A DNA stretch of 44,531 nucleotides from Candidatus Stercoripulliclostridium sp. Its GTDB lineage: Bacteria; Bacillota; Clostridia; Christensenellales; DTU072. A model generated the notes under the pieces. The model saw only the letters and a program-made list of their open reading frames with translations. It had not been told where the DNA came from and searched no databases. Both the position numbers and the translations under genes were made by a program. Location of the stretch: NCBI GenBank assembly GCA_045594145.1, contig JAZNYA010000069.1, positions 1 through 44,531 on the forward strand, given 5' to 3'. Shown one piece after another: positions 31,661-41,315 of the stretch; the first letter of the stretch is position 1; every line of letters starts with the position of its first letter.

Positions 31661-32809
31661 TTAATAGTAGGTTACCTTAGTTTCCACGTTTAAATTGGAT
31701 TTTTGCAAATAGCCGTCGCTTTGTTCCACCCACTTTTTTCCCAGGCGACCATAAAATCCGCCGTAAAGGTCGAATACGTCCACTCCGTGCTTTTGACACT
31801 CTTTGAAAGCATACGAAATTACGCCGTTAAAATAATCTTTTAGCAGTGAGTCTACTCTTTCGGAAGGCTCTACGTCAACTACGGAAAAGTCGGTTGGCGA
31901 AGAAGCGGAAACGACTTCTTTTAGTATTATGTCCACGTTAAGCTTAACCTTTGCCGTAAGTGATTCGGGCGAAAAGTCCAGCTTGCTTTTGCTTTTAATT
32001 ATATAAAATGAATAGGTTAAATCTCCATCGGTAATTACGACGTCGCCTTTATCCAGCTTTGCGGTAACAAGGTTGATTCCGCTTATTAATTCTTCGTTGC
32101 CATCAAAGACGTAGTGGTCGCCTTTTATGATGGCACACCTAGCAAAATCTAAGACGTATACCTTGTCTTCGCCACCGCTTCCGGAAGAAGAACCGGCACT
32201 CGTCGAGCCCCCGGTTTGCGGTTTTTCGGTTTCTACTTTTTTAATTTTGGTTAACCAATTGGCAGAGTTTTCGGTGTAATAAGAAGATAAGTATTCTTTT
32301 ATGTTTCTATGCACCGCTTCCTTATAGTTTCCGTAAACCATAAGTTCTCTTTGGATATAAAAAGAAGTCATATCGGAGTATGCGGTCTTTGCGTTAAGGA
32401 CGTCTTTTGCCGTGCCTTCCGTGGTGAGCAGTAGGGCGTTTTCGGAAAGGTAGGCGTTTCTTATCATATAGTCGAGAGCAGAATATGCCTTGCCACGCAG
32501 AGTGCCTTCTCCAAGAAGCACAAGATTGCAATGGCTCATTGCTACAAGCATACTGCTTTCGGAACTAATTTTGGCAAGTGCTTCGCCCAGCGTTTTTCCT
32601 TCTGCGGAAGAAACGACGATGTTACTTGTTTTGCTGTCGTCGGAAGAAGGCAAAAGAATTTGGGCCGATACCGTGAAAACGCCGTTATCGTAATCTATGC
32701 CAAGTCCTGCAACTATAGCTCTTTCGGAAAGCGGAGTTATTTCTACGCCAAGGGCAAACATGAGAAAAAAGCAAATTAAAAATGCTATCCATTTATATTG
32801 TCGCTTCAC
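31661..32809 (-). CDS. Ger(x)C-family spore germination protein
   Basis: The ORF is 382 aa with ERAIVAGLGIDY near the N-terminus. It is third in an A-B-C gene order and overlaps the B gene by 17 nt. Confidence 0.8.
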   Translation of the reverse strand: MKRQYKWIAFLICFFLMFALGVEITPLSERAIVAGLGIDYDNGVFTVSAQILLPSSDDSKTSNIVVSSAEGKTLGEALAKISSESSMLVAMSHCNLVLLGEGTLRGKAYSALDYMIRNAYLSENALLLTTEGTAKDVLNAKTAYSDMTSFYIQRELMVYGNYKEAVHRNIKEYLSSYYTENSANWLTKIKKVETEKPQTGGSTSAGSSSGSGGEDKVYVLDFARCAIIKGDHYVFDGNEELISGINLVTAKLDKGDVVITDGDLTYSFYIIKSKSKLDFSPESLTAKVKLNVDIILKEVVSASSPTDFSVVDVEPSERVDSLLKDYFNGVISYAFKECQKHGVDVFDLYGGFYGRLGKKWVEQSDGYLQKSNLNVETKVTYY

Positions 32810-33905
32810 TTTTTAATTCCCCCTTTAATGAAATACGTTCCTTTAGGTCGAGTAAAACAAAAGCGATGAACGGAACCATTAGTTCCACGCCTATGACAAA
32901 ATATCTTATGACAGAAGTTGCAAACTCAAATGCTCGCTCTAGGTTATAAAAGGCATATTGTCCAAGTATGACGACGACGGCGGAGGACAATGCGACGCCC
33001 AAAGGGAATTTTATTTTTAGGTCGGAGAGAACCTTTCCCGCACCGAAAAGCTTGAGTGCAAGCGAAACTATCGCAATAGAAAGCCAGAGTGTTATTGCCG
33101 GCCAATCGATAGAACCTATTTCCGTATTTACGACGTTGAAAGCACCCAGGGAAGAAAATGCGGTATCTACAAGGTGTCCCGCTTGTCCGTAGTTCATAAC
33201 GTACAAGGCGTACAAAAGCACCATGCCGACCAAAGATAAAACGGCAAGGAAGGGCAGGATGGGGAACTTGGAACGCTTGCGGGGTGGCATGGTAACGTCT
33301 TCTCTAACTTGCATGAAGAGAAGGGGAGAAAAGTCCAGCGTCCAAAAGAGAACGTGGTCAAACGATTTTGCAATTGGCACAATGCCGTTTGCACCAATGG
33401 GCAAAACGTTCGCAGGTTTTAGTTGTAGCTTTCCAAAAAGCAGTCCTATAATTATGGCAATCGGTACAAGCCAGGTTATTTGCTCTATTAGTCTACCAAA
33501 CCCTTTTGCTCCTTTAATGGCGATATAAGAAGAAACCAAAACGACGATTACACCAACGCCCTTGGTCGTTATGTTATAGAACAAATAGCTGTTTGCGTAG
33601 GAAGTTGTTTCCGAAGTATAAATAGATGCTTTGAGAACTAAAACGATAAGAATAGGTACCGAAAGTAGCAAATATACCCCAATGCCATATTTTTCTTTTA
33701 TGGCATCCATACCACCCATTTTATCTATTTTTACTATAAAAAGAAGTTGAGTTATTTCCACTAGCATTACCATTAAAATGGTAAGCCAAATATCTCGTCC
33801 GGCATATAGTGAGATTACGCTGGGAAGTACGGAGAACTTGAATACGAAAGGAATAAAAAATGCAAGCAGGGCATATTGCCTTTTTGATAAATAACTATTT
33901 TCCAT
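32793..33905 (-). CDS. Ger(x)B-family spore germination permease
   Basis: The ORF is 370 aa and polytopic (about 10 TM segments). It sits between the GerA-type and GerC-type genes and overlaps both. Confidence 0.8.
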   Translation of the reverse strand: MENSYLSKRQYALLAFFIPFVFKFSVLPSVISLYAGRDIWLTILMVMLVEITQLLFIVKIDKMGGMDAIKEKYGIGVYLLLSVPILIVLVLKASIYTSETTSYANSYLFYNITTKGVGVIVVLVSSYIAIKGAKGFGRLIEQITWLVPIAIIIGLLFGKLQLKPANVLPIGANGIVPIAKSFDHVLFWTLDFSPLLFMQVREDVTMPPRKRSKFPILPFLAVLSLVGMVLLYALYVMNYGQAGHLVDTAFSSLGAFNVVNTEIGSIDWPAITLWLSIAIVSLALKLFGAGKVLSDLKIKFPLGVALSSAVVVILGQYAFYNLERAFEFATSVIRYFVIGVELMVPFIAFVLLDLKERISLKGELKSEATI

Positions 33906-35334
33906 ATCTTAATCTCGTTTTATTTTTTAGTCCAAGCGAAGAAGTACGTTCGGGAATATCCACCATGGAAAGCTTTAGAACGCTGTTTTTTAGGTCTTTT
34001 GGAACAAGCGGAGCAAAGGGTGCAAGGTAGGGTACGCCGTAGCTTTCCAGAGAAGCAACGTAAACGCAAATGACTATGGAAGAAATCAAAATGCCATAGG
34101 TGCCAAGGCTTGCTCCCACGAATACGAAAATTAGCCTAATTACGCTAAAGGTGCCTACTTCATCGGGAATAGCATATAGGCCTATGCTGGAAAGGGCGGT
34201 GATAAGAACGGTAAGAGAAGACAAAATGCCCGCATTAACTGCGGTTTCGCCCAAAATTATACCGCCTACCACGCTCATCGCCATGCCCAAAAAGCGTGGC
34301 ATACGCACGCTTGCTTCACCTAAAACTTCAAAAAGAACCAGAGCGATTAGCATTTCCGTCACGGGACTAAAGGGTATGCCCGTCGTGCTGTTAATTATGG
34401 TGACGAGCAGTTTTAGCGGGAGCAGTTGGTATTGGTGAGACTGGAAGGCAACGAACATGCCGGGAAGAAAGATGGCAAAGAAAACGCCCAAAAGACGCAT
34501 CACTCTAATGACGGTGGTACGTATGGGACGGCGATAAAAATCTTCGCTGTCATAGAAATCTTCTATTATGATAAACGGAAGGGTAAGGACGGTCGGAGAA
34601 CCGTCTACGATGATTGCAATTCTTCCATCGAGAAGCTTTTGTGCAAGCACGTCGGGTTTTTCCGTCGAGCCGGTTTGCTTAAAAAGGGAATATTTACGCT
34701 CTTCCAAAAGCTTGGAAATATAAGACGAATCGACGATGCCGTCAATGTTGATTTTTTTGAGTTTTCGCTCTATTTCTTTTGCTACTTTAAGATTTGCTAT
34801 GCCTTTGACGTAGCATAATTCGACGTGGGTTTTGGAGTATTTACCTATGGTAAAGGATTTAAAAACCAAACTTTCCGTGGGAAATCTTCTTCTAATTAAG
34901 GTGATATTGGTCTTAAAGCTTTCCGTAAAACCTTCTCGTGGTCCCTTAATTACGCTGGAAACAGGTGGCTCGGAAATTGGTCTTGAAGAAAACCCTTGTG
35001 CCGAGCAAACGGCATAGTCGTCTACGCCGTCTATGAGTATTAGGCATCCGCCGACAAGCACTTTATCCAGAGCCTGTTTTCTAAGGTGAAAATACTCTAG
35101 CTTTTCGCTTGTTTCAACAATGCCGTCTAATGCACGGACGTCTTCTAACACCGCATTTGTTTTTCTCAAAAGGGGTTCAACCAAACCTAAATCTATGGTA
35201 TTTACGTCAATCATGCCGTCCAGGTACAACAGGGCACATTGTGTAGAGCCGAGAGAAAGTCGTCTTTCTACAAGGTCGGAAGAAAAATTGAAATATTTTT
35301 TGATTTTCTTAATTTCTTTTTCTAGGACAATCAT
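33895..35334 (-). CDS. GerA-family spore germination protein (A subunit)
   Basis: The ORF is 479 aa. It has GPREGFTESFKTNITLIRRRF typical of GerA-family proteins and C-terminal TM helices. The SD is weak. Confidence 0.85.
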   Translation of the reverse strand: MIVLEKEIKKIKKYFNFSSDLVERRLSLGSTQCALLYLDGMIDVNTIDLGLVEPLLRKTNAVLEDVRALDGIVETSEKLEYFHLRKQALDKVLVGGCLILIDGVDDYAVCSAQGFSSRPISEPPVSSVIKGPREGFTESFKTNITLIRRRFPTESLVFKSFTIGKYSKTHVELCYVKGIANLKVAKEIERKLKKINIDGIVDSSYISKLLEERKYSLFKQTGSTEKPDVLAQKLLDGRIAIIVDGSPTVLTLPFIIIEDFYDSEDFYRRPIRTTVIRVMRLLGVFFAIFLPGMFVAFQSHQYQLLPLKLLVTIINSTTGIPFSPVTEMLIALVLFEVLGEASVRMPRFLGMAMSVVGGIILGETAVNAGILSSLTVLITALSSIGLYAIPDEVGTFSVIRLIFVFVGASLGTYGILISSIVICVYVASLESYGVPYLAPFAPLVPKDLKNSVLKLSMVDIPERTSSLGLKNKTRLRYGK

Positions 35335-35367
35335 AAGTTGATTGTTGCCTAAAAACGTCTTTTTAAT

Positions 35368-36741
35368 CTATAAATTATCTAAAAAGTGAGAGTTTTTCCA
35401 TTTCCCGAAGAAGAAATAAATCATGCCCGGAATTGCTGTGCCGTAGGCTGCCAGTCCATAGCCCAAGAATAATCCAAAAAGCCCGAGCCCCAGTACGTTG
35501 CCAAGGAGATATGAAAGTCCAATACGCAAAACGAAGCCGTCCAACAAGGAGAATATCATGCTTAGCGTGGAGTTGCCAACTCCTTGAATGAATCCATTGG
35601 TGCCACGCATTATAATCATGGCCGGGAAACTAATAATGATAGCTTTAACGAAAATGGGAGCAAGGGCAAGCACTTCTTCGTCCGTAGTAAAGAGCTTAAA
35701 TAGTCCTTCTACGTCTATTAAATATGCTATAAGGAAGGCGAGATATATCAAGAAGCTGTAAATCCAACCCCAATACACGGATTTTTTGGCACGGTCGAAT
35801 TCTTTGCCAGCAAAGTTTTGACCGACGAAAGTGGAAACCGAGTAATTTACGCCGATGGATATTTTTCTTACCATATCATCGACTTTTAGCCCTACGCCAA
35901 AAACGGCACTTGCGGCAAGCCCTAGTCCGTTTACAAGGCTCGTGACGAACAGCATGGAAACGTTTACTGCTCCACTCCTAAGGGAGAAGGGGATGCCGAG
36001 TTTAATTAATATTTTTGCAGAAGTCTTGGTGGGGACAAAGGATTTTAGTTTGAAATCGAATCCGAATTGCTTACGCTTTATGAATAGATATATTATGGAA
36101 GAGATAAAGGATATACCTTGGCCTATTATGGTTGCCCATGCCGCTCCCGCAACGCCCATATTAAGTACGGTTACGAAAACTATATCCAAAACGACGTTGA
36201 CAACTGCCGCAATGACGATATAAACGAAGGGTTGTACGCTGTTGCCCATGCCACGAAGGACGGCGGAGATGCAGTTATAGCCGAAGGTGAAAACGACGCC
36301 ACCCGAGCAGATGAGCAGATATTTGACTGCATCATCAAAGGCTTCCGTGGGAGTTTTCATAAGTTTAAGAATAGGGGTAGCAAGAGAAAGCCCTATTGCC
36401 GTCATGATTACGCCAAGGATAAGCGTAAAGGTGAAAAGAGTGCCGATGGCTTTGTTTAGGTCTTCTTTTTTATCGGCTCCTATGAGTTGAGCGATGTAAA
36501 CTTGTCCGCCGGTGGAAAACCCCAGGCAAATCATAGTCATAAACGTAACGACGTGGCTTGCGGTGGAAACGGCACTTAGACCGCTTGGTCCAACCACCTT
36601 GCCTACGACAATCATATCGATTATGGAAAACAACACTTGCAGAGCGTTGGATAGCATAAACGGCAAAGAAAAAAGGAGAATTTGCTTTGGCAAATTCCCT
36701 TTCGTATAATCTTTTAATATTTGTCCGTTAGCTTTTTCCAT
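35368..36741 (-). CDS. MATE-family efflux transporter
   Basis: The ORF is 457 aa with 12 predicted TM-like hydrophobic stretches. The N-terminus is MATE-typical (LPKQILLFSLPFMLSNALQVLFSIIDMIVVG). Confidence 0.85.
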   Translation of the reverse strand: MEKANGQILKDYTKGNLPKQILLFSLPFMLSNALQVLFSIIDMIVVGKVVGPSGLSAVSTASHVVTFMTMICLGFSTGGQVYIAQLIGADKKEDLNKAIGTLFTFTLILGVIMTAIGLSLATPILKLMKTPTEAFDDAVKYLLICSGGVVFTFGYNCISAVLRGMGNSVQPFVYIVIAAVVNVVLDIVFVTVLNMGVAGAAWATIIGQGISFISSIIYLFIKRKQFGFDFKLKSFVPTKTSAKILIKLGIPFSLRSGAVNVSMLFVTSLVNGLGLAASAVFGVGLKVDDMVRKISIGVNYSVSTFVGQNFAGKEFDRAKKSVYWGWIYSFLIYLAFLIAYLIDVEGLFKLFTTDEEVLALAPIFVKAIIISFPAMIIMRGTNGFIQGVGNSTLSMIFSLLDGFVLRIGLSYLLGNVLGLGLFGLFLGYGLAAYGTAIPGMIYFFFGKWKNSHFLDNL

Positions 36742-36793
36742 ACTTATATTATAACTCTACCTTATTATAATATTCGCCGAAATAAACAGATGA

Positions 36794-39232
36794 TTATTTG
36801 TTGAATCTTGCTAGTGCGGGCGAGTTGAGAGCGAGCTTGAGTACGGTTTTGGCGGTACGAAGGAGTTCGCCCCTGGTGATTCCTTCCTTTTGACCGAGCG
36901 AGCGTAGTAGGGTGCCGTCGGGACGCTTGGGGGAAATGGGAAGTCTGCCACCGCCGGGCATTAGAACGTCTACTTGTGCTCTAACACGATATGCTTGGTC
37001 GCAAACGTTGGGGAATTCTTGGGAGACGGATTTTTGCATCCACCAGTCAGTCATAACCAAACCTTCAAAGCCCCATTCGCCACGAAGTATTGTGGTGCAA
37101 AGGTCGTAATTGTAATGTCCCCAAACGCCGTTGATTTTATTATAGGAAGTCATTATGGTTTTCGGGGATGCTTCCTTTATGCAGATTTCAAAGCCCTTTA
37201 GGTATATTTCTCTTAAAGCACGTTCGCTTAGTCTGCTGTCGTTACGGTTACGGTTGGTTTCTTGGTTGTTGCAAGCAAAGTGCTTGGGACATGCTGCGGC
37301 ACCGTTTGATTGTATTCCACGGACGAAGGCGGAAGCCATTTTTCCGGTTAGGACGGGGTCTTCGCTGTAGTACTCGAAGTTTCTTCCGCAAAGTGGATTG
37401 CGGTGTATGTTCATGCCGGGTCCAAGGAGTATATCGGAGCCACGAACAAGCATTTCTCTGCCGACTACTTCATAAAGGCTTTCTACGAGTTTAGTATCCC
37501 AAGTTGAAGAAAGTAGAGTGCCAATTGGCAATAATGTGCAAACAGCTTGTAATCTCATACCGCTGGGGCCGTCGCTCGTTATTACGCCGGGAACACCCTT
37601 TTCACGAAGGCTGGGAAGAACGCCCGCCATAGCACCTGCGTTTCCGGGAGCACCCAGCTTGGAGTGCATTACGTAGTCGCCACGAGAGATGGCTTCCAGC
37701 TCTTTGTTGGTTAGCTGTGCAACGAATTCATCAAGGGTTGCTCTACCTTCTTTGACGTCCATTAGCTTTATGCCTTTGTCGCCGGTGTAGGCGATTTCTT
37801 CGGTGGGAAGATTATCCAGTATTCTTTGCTTTAAGCTATAGCTTCTTACGGGAACTTGTTCCGTTTTAGTTACCAATTTTTCTCCGTCGAAAACGGGCTT
37901 AATTCTTTCAAATGCAACTTGCGGAGAGCCTGCTTCTTGTAGTTCTTCCAGTACTAGGTCGCTTTCGTAAGCGAAGGTATAGAAGGCTTCGGTATCTCTT
38001 ACGGAGTTACCAATGAGCAAGGAGTATTCGCCTTTTTCTAGTACGTAGCAGGATTTTTTAACGGCACCAACGTCGTCGTAGGAAGCAAAAGCATTAAGGG
38101 GGATTATGATTTCCACAACTTCTTTTTCGCCTGCATTAAGGAGAGAAGTTTTGCCAAATCCTACGAGAGTTTTTTCCGGTTTGCCAAGTTTTCCTTGGGG
38201 AAGAGTGGCGTAAATTTCTATGGTATCACGAGCGGAAATGCTTCCAACGTTTTCCACTTCCACAGCGAGTTTTATGAAGGTATGGTGGTCTTCTACGTCA
38301 ATTTTGTTTTTGCTGAACTTGCCGTAACCCAAGCCGAAACCGAAAGGATAAAGAACGGCGTCTTTATTAAAGGTTTCAAAGTAGCGATATCCAACGTAAA
38401 TATCTTCTACGTAATGGTTTGCGTTAAGGTCGCCGAAGTCTTTGGAGCCGGGGTAATCTTCATAGGTTCTGGCTATCGTCATGGGGAGTTTGCCATCGGG
38501 AGAAGCCTTGCCGGAAAGGACGTCTGCAACGGCGTTACCGGTTTCCATACCGCCTTGCCAAATGATGAGAAGGCCTTTAATCTTATCGCCGTATTTTTCT
38601 ATCCAAGAGAAGTCGATGACGTTGCCGATATTCATAATGACTATTACGTTATCGAAGCTGGCGGTTACTTTATCGAGAAGTTCAACTTCTTCATCGTGTA
38701 GATAGAAACTACCTTTTTCCAATTTGTTTTCACGGTCTTCGCCGGCAGCTCTTCCGATTACAACAACGGCTTTTTCCGATTTAGCTCTTGCGTTTTTAAC
38801 GACGTCGTCGCTAAGTGGCATTTCGGGATATCTCCAAGGCCAATGTCCCCAGAATCCGTTATCGATGGGGTTTGCTTCCGACCACTTTTCATATATGCTC
38901 ATTAATTCTTTATCTACGTTCAAGTTTTCGTTGTCCATTACGCCTTTCATGATAGAAACACGGTAAGGAGCACGAACGTCACCGCCGGAGCCATAGCCTA
39001 CGAAGAAGGTATCGACGGCAGTTCTTCCAAAGAGAGCAAAGCTTTCATCACCAAAGGGAAGAACGTTGTCGTTTTTGAGTAGAACCATACCGCTGGAAGC
39101 AACGGCACGAGCAAGTTCCGGGGTATTTTCGAAAGCGTCACCGTGTATGACGTCGGAGCGAAGCTCTTGTTGGGAGAGCGAATTCGAGAACAAATTGACG
39201 AGTTTACCTATGGTTTTAAGAATAAAAGACAT
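36794..39232 (-). CDS. GH3 beta-glucosidase-type enzyme with reversed domain order
   Basis: I place the start at 39232 (MSFILKT...), with AGGAG 8 nt upstream. The ORF-track start at 39310 lies upstream of the predicted promoter. The sandwich-domain motif MVLLKNDNVLPF is near the N-terminus. The barrel motifs SDGPSGMRL, KHFACNNQETNR and GLVMTDWW (nucleophile) are near the C-terminus. Confidence 0.85.
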   Translation of the reverse strand: MSFILKTIGKLVNLFSNSLSQQELRSDVIHGDAFENTPELARAVASSGMVLLKNDNVLPFGDESFALFGRTAVDTFFVGYGSGGDVRAPYRVSIMKGVMDNENLNVDKELMSIYEKWSEANPIDNGFWGHWPWRYPEMPLSDDVVKNARAKSEKAVVVIGRAAGEDRENKLEKGSFYLHDEEVELLDKVTASFDNVIVIMNIGNVIDFSWIEKYGDKIKGLLIIWQGGMETGNAVADVLSGKASPDGKLPMTIARTYEDYPGSKDFGDLNANHYVEDIYVGYRYFETFNKDAVLYPFGFGLGYGKFSKNKIDVEDHHTFIKLAVEVENVGSISARDTIEIYATLPQGKLGKPEKTLVGFGKTSLLNAGEKEVVEIIIPLNAFASYDDVGAVKKSCYVLEKGEYSLLIGNSVRDTEAFYTFAYESDLVLEELQEAGSPQVAFERIKPVFDGEKLVTKTEQVPVRSYSLKQRILDNLPTEEIAYTGDKGIKLMDVKEGRATLDEFVAQLTNKELEAISRGDYVMHSKLGAPGNAGAMAGVLPSLREKGVPGVITSDGPSGMRLQAVCTLLPIGTLLSSTWDTKLVESLYEVVGREMLVRGSDILLGPGMNIHRNPLCGRNFEYYSEDPVLTGKMASAFVRGIQSNGAAACPKHFACNNQETNRNRNDSRLSERALREIYLKGFEICIKEASPKTIMTSYNKINGVWGHYNYDLCTTILRGEWGFEGLVMTDWWMQKSVSQEFPNVCDQAYRVRAQVDVLMPGGGRLPISPKRPDGTLLRSLGQKEGITRGELLRTAKTVLKLALNSPALARFNK

Positions 39233-39263
39233 CCTAATAACTCCTTTAAAAATGCTAACTATA

Positions 39264-39292
39264 ATTATACCATACGCACGATAATAGTTCAA
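39264..39292 (-). promoter_or_regulatory. Sigma-A-type promoter for the GH3 gene
   Basis: The minus strand reads TTGAAC (39287-39292), a 17-nt spacer, then TGgTATAAT (-10 at 39264-39269). Confidence 0.6.
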
Positions 39293-39327
39293 GAGTGAAA
39301 TTAGGAACAAAAGAGAGTTTAGCGTAT

Positions 39328-39357
39328 TTGACGGACAATGCGAATATATGTTAAAAT
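39328..39357 (+). promoter_or_regulatory. Sigma-A-type promoter for the nrnA-nrnA-surE operon
   Basis: TTGACG (39328-39333), an 18-nt spacer, then TGtTAAAAT (-10 at 39352-39357). Confidence 0.5.
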
Positions 39358-39382
39358 ATTAAAGTTGGAGATATAAAAATAT

Positions 39383-40333
39383 ATGCAAAAAAACGATTTC
39401 GAAAAAATTTTAGAAGCGATAAAGAGTTTTGATATTATTATAATTCATCGTCACTCCAGTCCGGATGGCGATGCGATAGGTTCGCAAGTTGGGTTAAAGA
39501 AGGTGCTAAAAGCCAACTTTCCCACTAAGCGTATATTTGCCGTAGGGGATGAAGCGGGCAGATATTCTTTCGTAGATGAATCGGTAATGGATGAAGTTGC
39601 GGATGAAGAATACAAGGATGCACTTGCAATACTACTCGATATGGCGGCTCCACATTTGGTTAGTGACGAAAGGTATAAGACGGCGAAGATGACGGCAAGA
39701 ATAGACCATCATCAATACGTAGAGCAATTCACGGACCTTGAAATCGTCGATACAAGAGCCGAAAGTTGTGCCGGGTTAGTAGCATCACTCATTGAGAAAT
39801 GGGGGCTTAAAATGACTGCTGACGGGGCCAAGGCACTATATACGGGTATGGTTACGGATTCGGGAAGGTTCCGTTATGATTCTACGACGTCGGAGACCTT
39901 CCGAGTAGCGTCATATCTTTTTGAGCAAGAGTTTGATGCGAGCGAAATATATCTTAATCTTTACAGCGACGACCTGGATATGATTAAGCTTCGTGCTAGT
40001 TTCGTATTAAAGATAAATCTGAGCGAACACGGTGTAGGATACATATATACTACGCTGGAAGAAGCTAAGGCAAGCGGAGCGAGTGCGTTTACGTTATCTC
40101 GTGGCATGGTAAACACGATGGCGGAAATAAAGGGCGTTAACACTTGGGTAAACTTTACGGAAACGGAAGAAGGCGTACTTTGTGAACTTCGTTCCAAGAA
40201 CCAAAACGTCAATAAGATAGCCGTAAAATACGGCGGTGGCGGACACGTAAAGGCAAGCGGAGCAAGGGTTAAGGATAGAGCAGAAGCTATGGCTATGCTG
40301 GAAGACTTGGATAAAATGCAAATAGGTGAATAA
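39383..40333 (+). CDS. nrnA: DHH/DHHA1 phosphoesterase, NrnA-like (nanoRNase / pAp phosphatase)
   Basis: The ORF is 316 aa with motifs HRHSSPDGDAIGS, IDHH, LYTGMVTDSGRF and GGGGH. Confidence 0.8.
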   Translation: MQKNDFEKILEAIKSFDIIIIHRHSSPDGDAIGSQVGLKKVLKANFPTKRIFAVGDEAGRYSFVDESVMDEVADEEYKDALAILLDMAAPHLVSDERYKTAKMTARIDHHQYVEQFTDLEIVDTRAESCAGLVASLIEKWGLKMTADGAKALYTGMVTDSGRFRYDSTTSETFRVASYLFEQEFDASEIYLNLYSDDLDMIKLRASFVLKINLSEHGVGYIYTTLEEAKASGASAFTLSRGMVNTMAEIKGVNTWVNFTETEEGVLCELRSKNQNVNKIAVKYGGGGHVKASGARVKDRAEAMAMLEDLDKMQIGE

Positions 40334-40334
40334 T

Positions 40335-41315
40335 ATGAGTTTGGAATTAAAGAAAAGAATACTTGCAAAGATAAAGGAATATAACAAGATAATCATTTCT
40401 CGTCATATTCGTCCCGATGGCGACTGCGTAGGCGGAACAAAGGGGCTACTAGCGATTTTGAAGGCGACTTATCCGGAAAAGGAAATATATCTCGTCAACG
40501 AAGATTACGCCAAATATCTTGCGTTTTTAGGCGGAGAAGACGAGCAATTTGACGATGAATTTTATGCCGATGCACTCGTTATCGTTCTTGATACTGCATC
40601 CATCGAACGCATATCTAACAAAAAGTATCATCTTGGCAAAGAGCTTATTAAGATAGACCACCACATAGATATTAAGCCTTATGGCGATATCAGCTGGGTA
40701 GAAGATTATCGTTCTTCGCTTTGCGAAATGATAGTGGACTTTTACGTTACTTTCAAGGACGAGCTTAAGATGAACAAGGAAGCCGCAACCTGCCTTTATA
40801 CCGGCATGGTAACGGATTCGGGAAGATTTAAGCACAGCACGGTTACCGGTGATACCATGCGACTAGCCGGCACGCTTTTGGACGTTGGCATAGACGTAGA
40901 TTGGCTTTTTGCAAATCTAAAGCTGGAAGAATACGAATATTTAGTCTTCAAGGCATATGCACTTGGACAAATTAAGGTGACGGAAAACGGCGTTGCATAC
41001 ATACACGTAGACAAGGAAATGCAAGAAAAGTTCAATCTTTCCAGGGAAGATGCTAGTTCCGTTATTACTTTTGCCGAATATATAAAGGGAAGTTTGATAT
41101 GGATAGCTTTCATAGATAACCCCGATGGCACCATTAGGGTAAGATTGCGTTCACGTTTCGTAACGTGCAACGATATAGGAGAATCTTGGCGTGGCGGCGG
41201 ACACGAATGTGCTTGCGGAGCGACCTTATATGCTCAAGAAGAGATAGATAAGCTACTAGCTCAAGCAGATGCCAAATTGAAGGATTATAAGGCGAATAAC
41301 GGGGGCTGGCTATGA
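40335..41315 (+). CDS. Second DHH/DHHA1 phosphoesterase, NrnA-like paralogue
   Basis: Motifs are SRHIRPDGDCVGG, IDHH, LYTGMVTDSGRF and GGGH. I prefer the ATG at 40335 (AGGTGA RBS, 1 nt after the upstream TAA) over the GTG at 40326 in the ORF track. Confidence 0.8.
   Translation: MSLELKKRILAKIKEYNKIIISRHIRPDGDCVGGTKGLLAILKATYPEKEIYLVNEDYAKYLAFLGGEDEQFDDEFYADALVIVLDTASIERISNKKYHLGKELIKIDHHIDIKPYGDISWVEDYRSSLCEMIVDFYVTFKDELKMNKEAATCLYTGMVTDSGRFKHSTVTGDTMRLAGTLLDVGIDVDWLFANLKLEEYEYLVFKAYALGQIKVTENGVAYIHVDKEMQEKFNLSREDASSVITFAEYIKGSLIWIAFIDNPDGTIRVRLRSRFVTCNDIGESWRGGGHECACGATLYAQEEIDKLLAQADAKLKDYKANNGGWL

Noticed and set aside
39233-39310. 26-codon N-terminal extension of the GH3 ORF (MFLISLLNYYRAYGIIIVSIFKGVIR).
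   Set aside because: It overlaps the predicted TTGAAC-17-TGgTATAAT promoter. The internal ATG at 39232 has an AGGAG RBS, and the extension looks like translated AT-rich promoter DNA.
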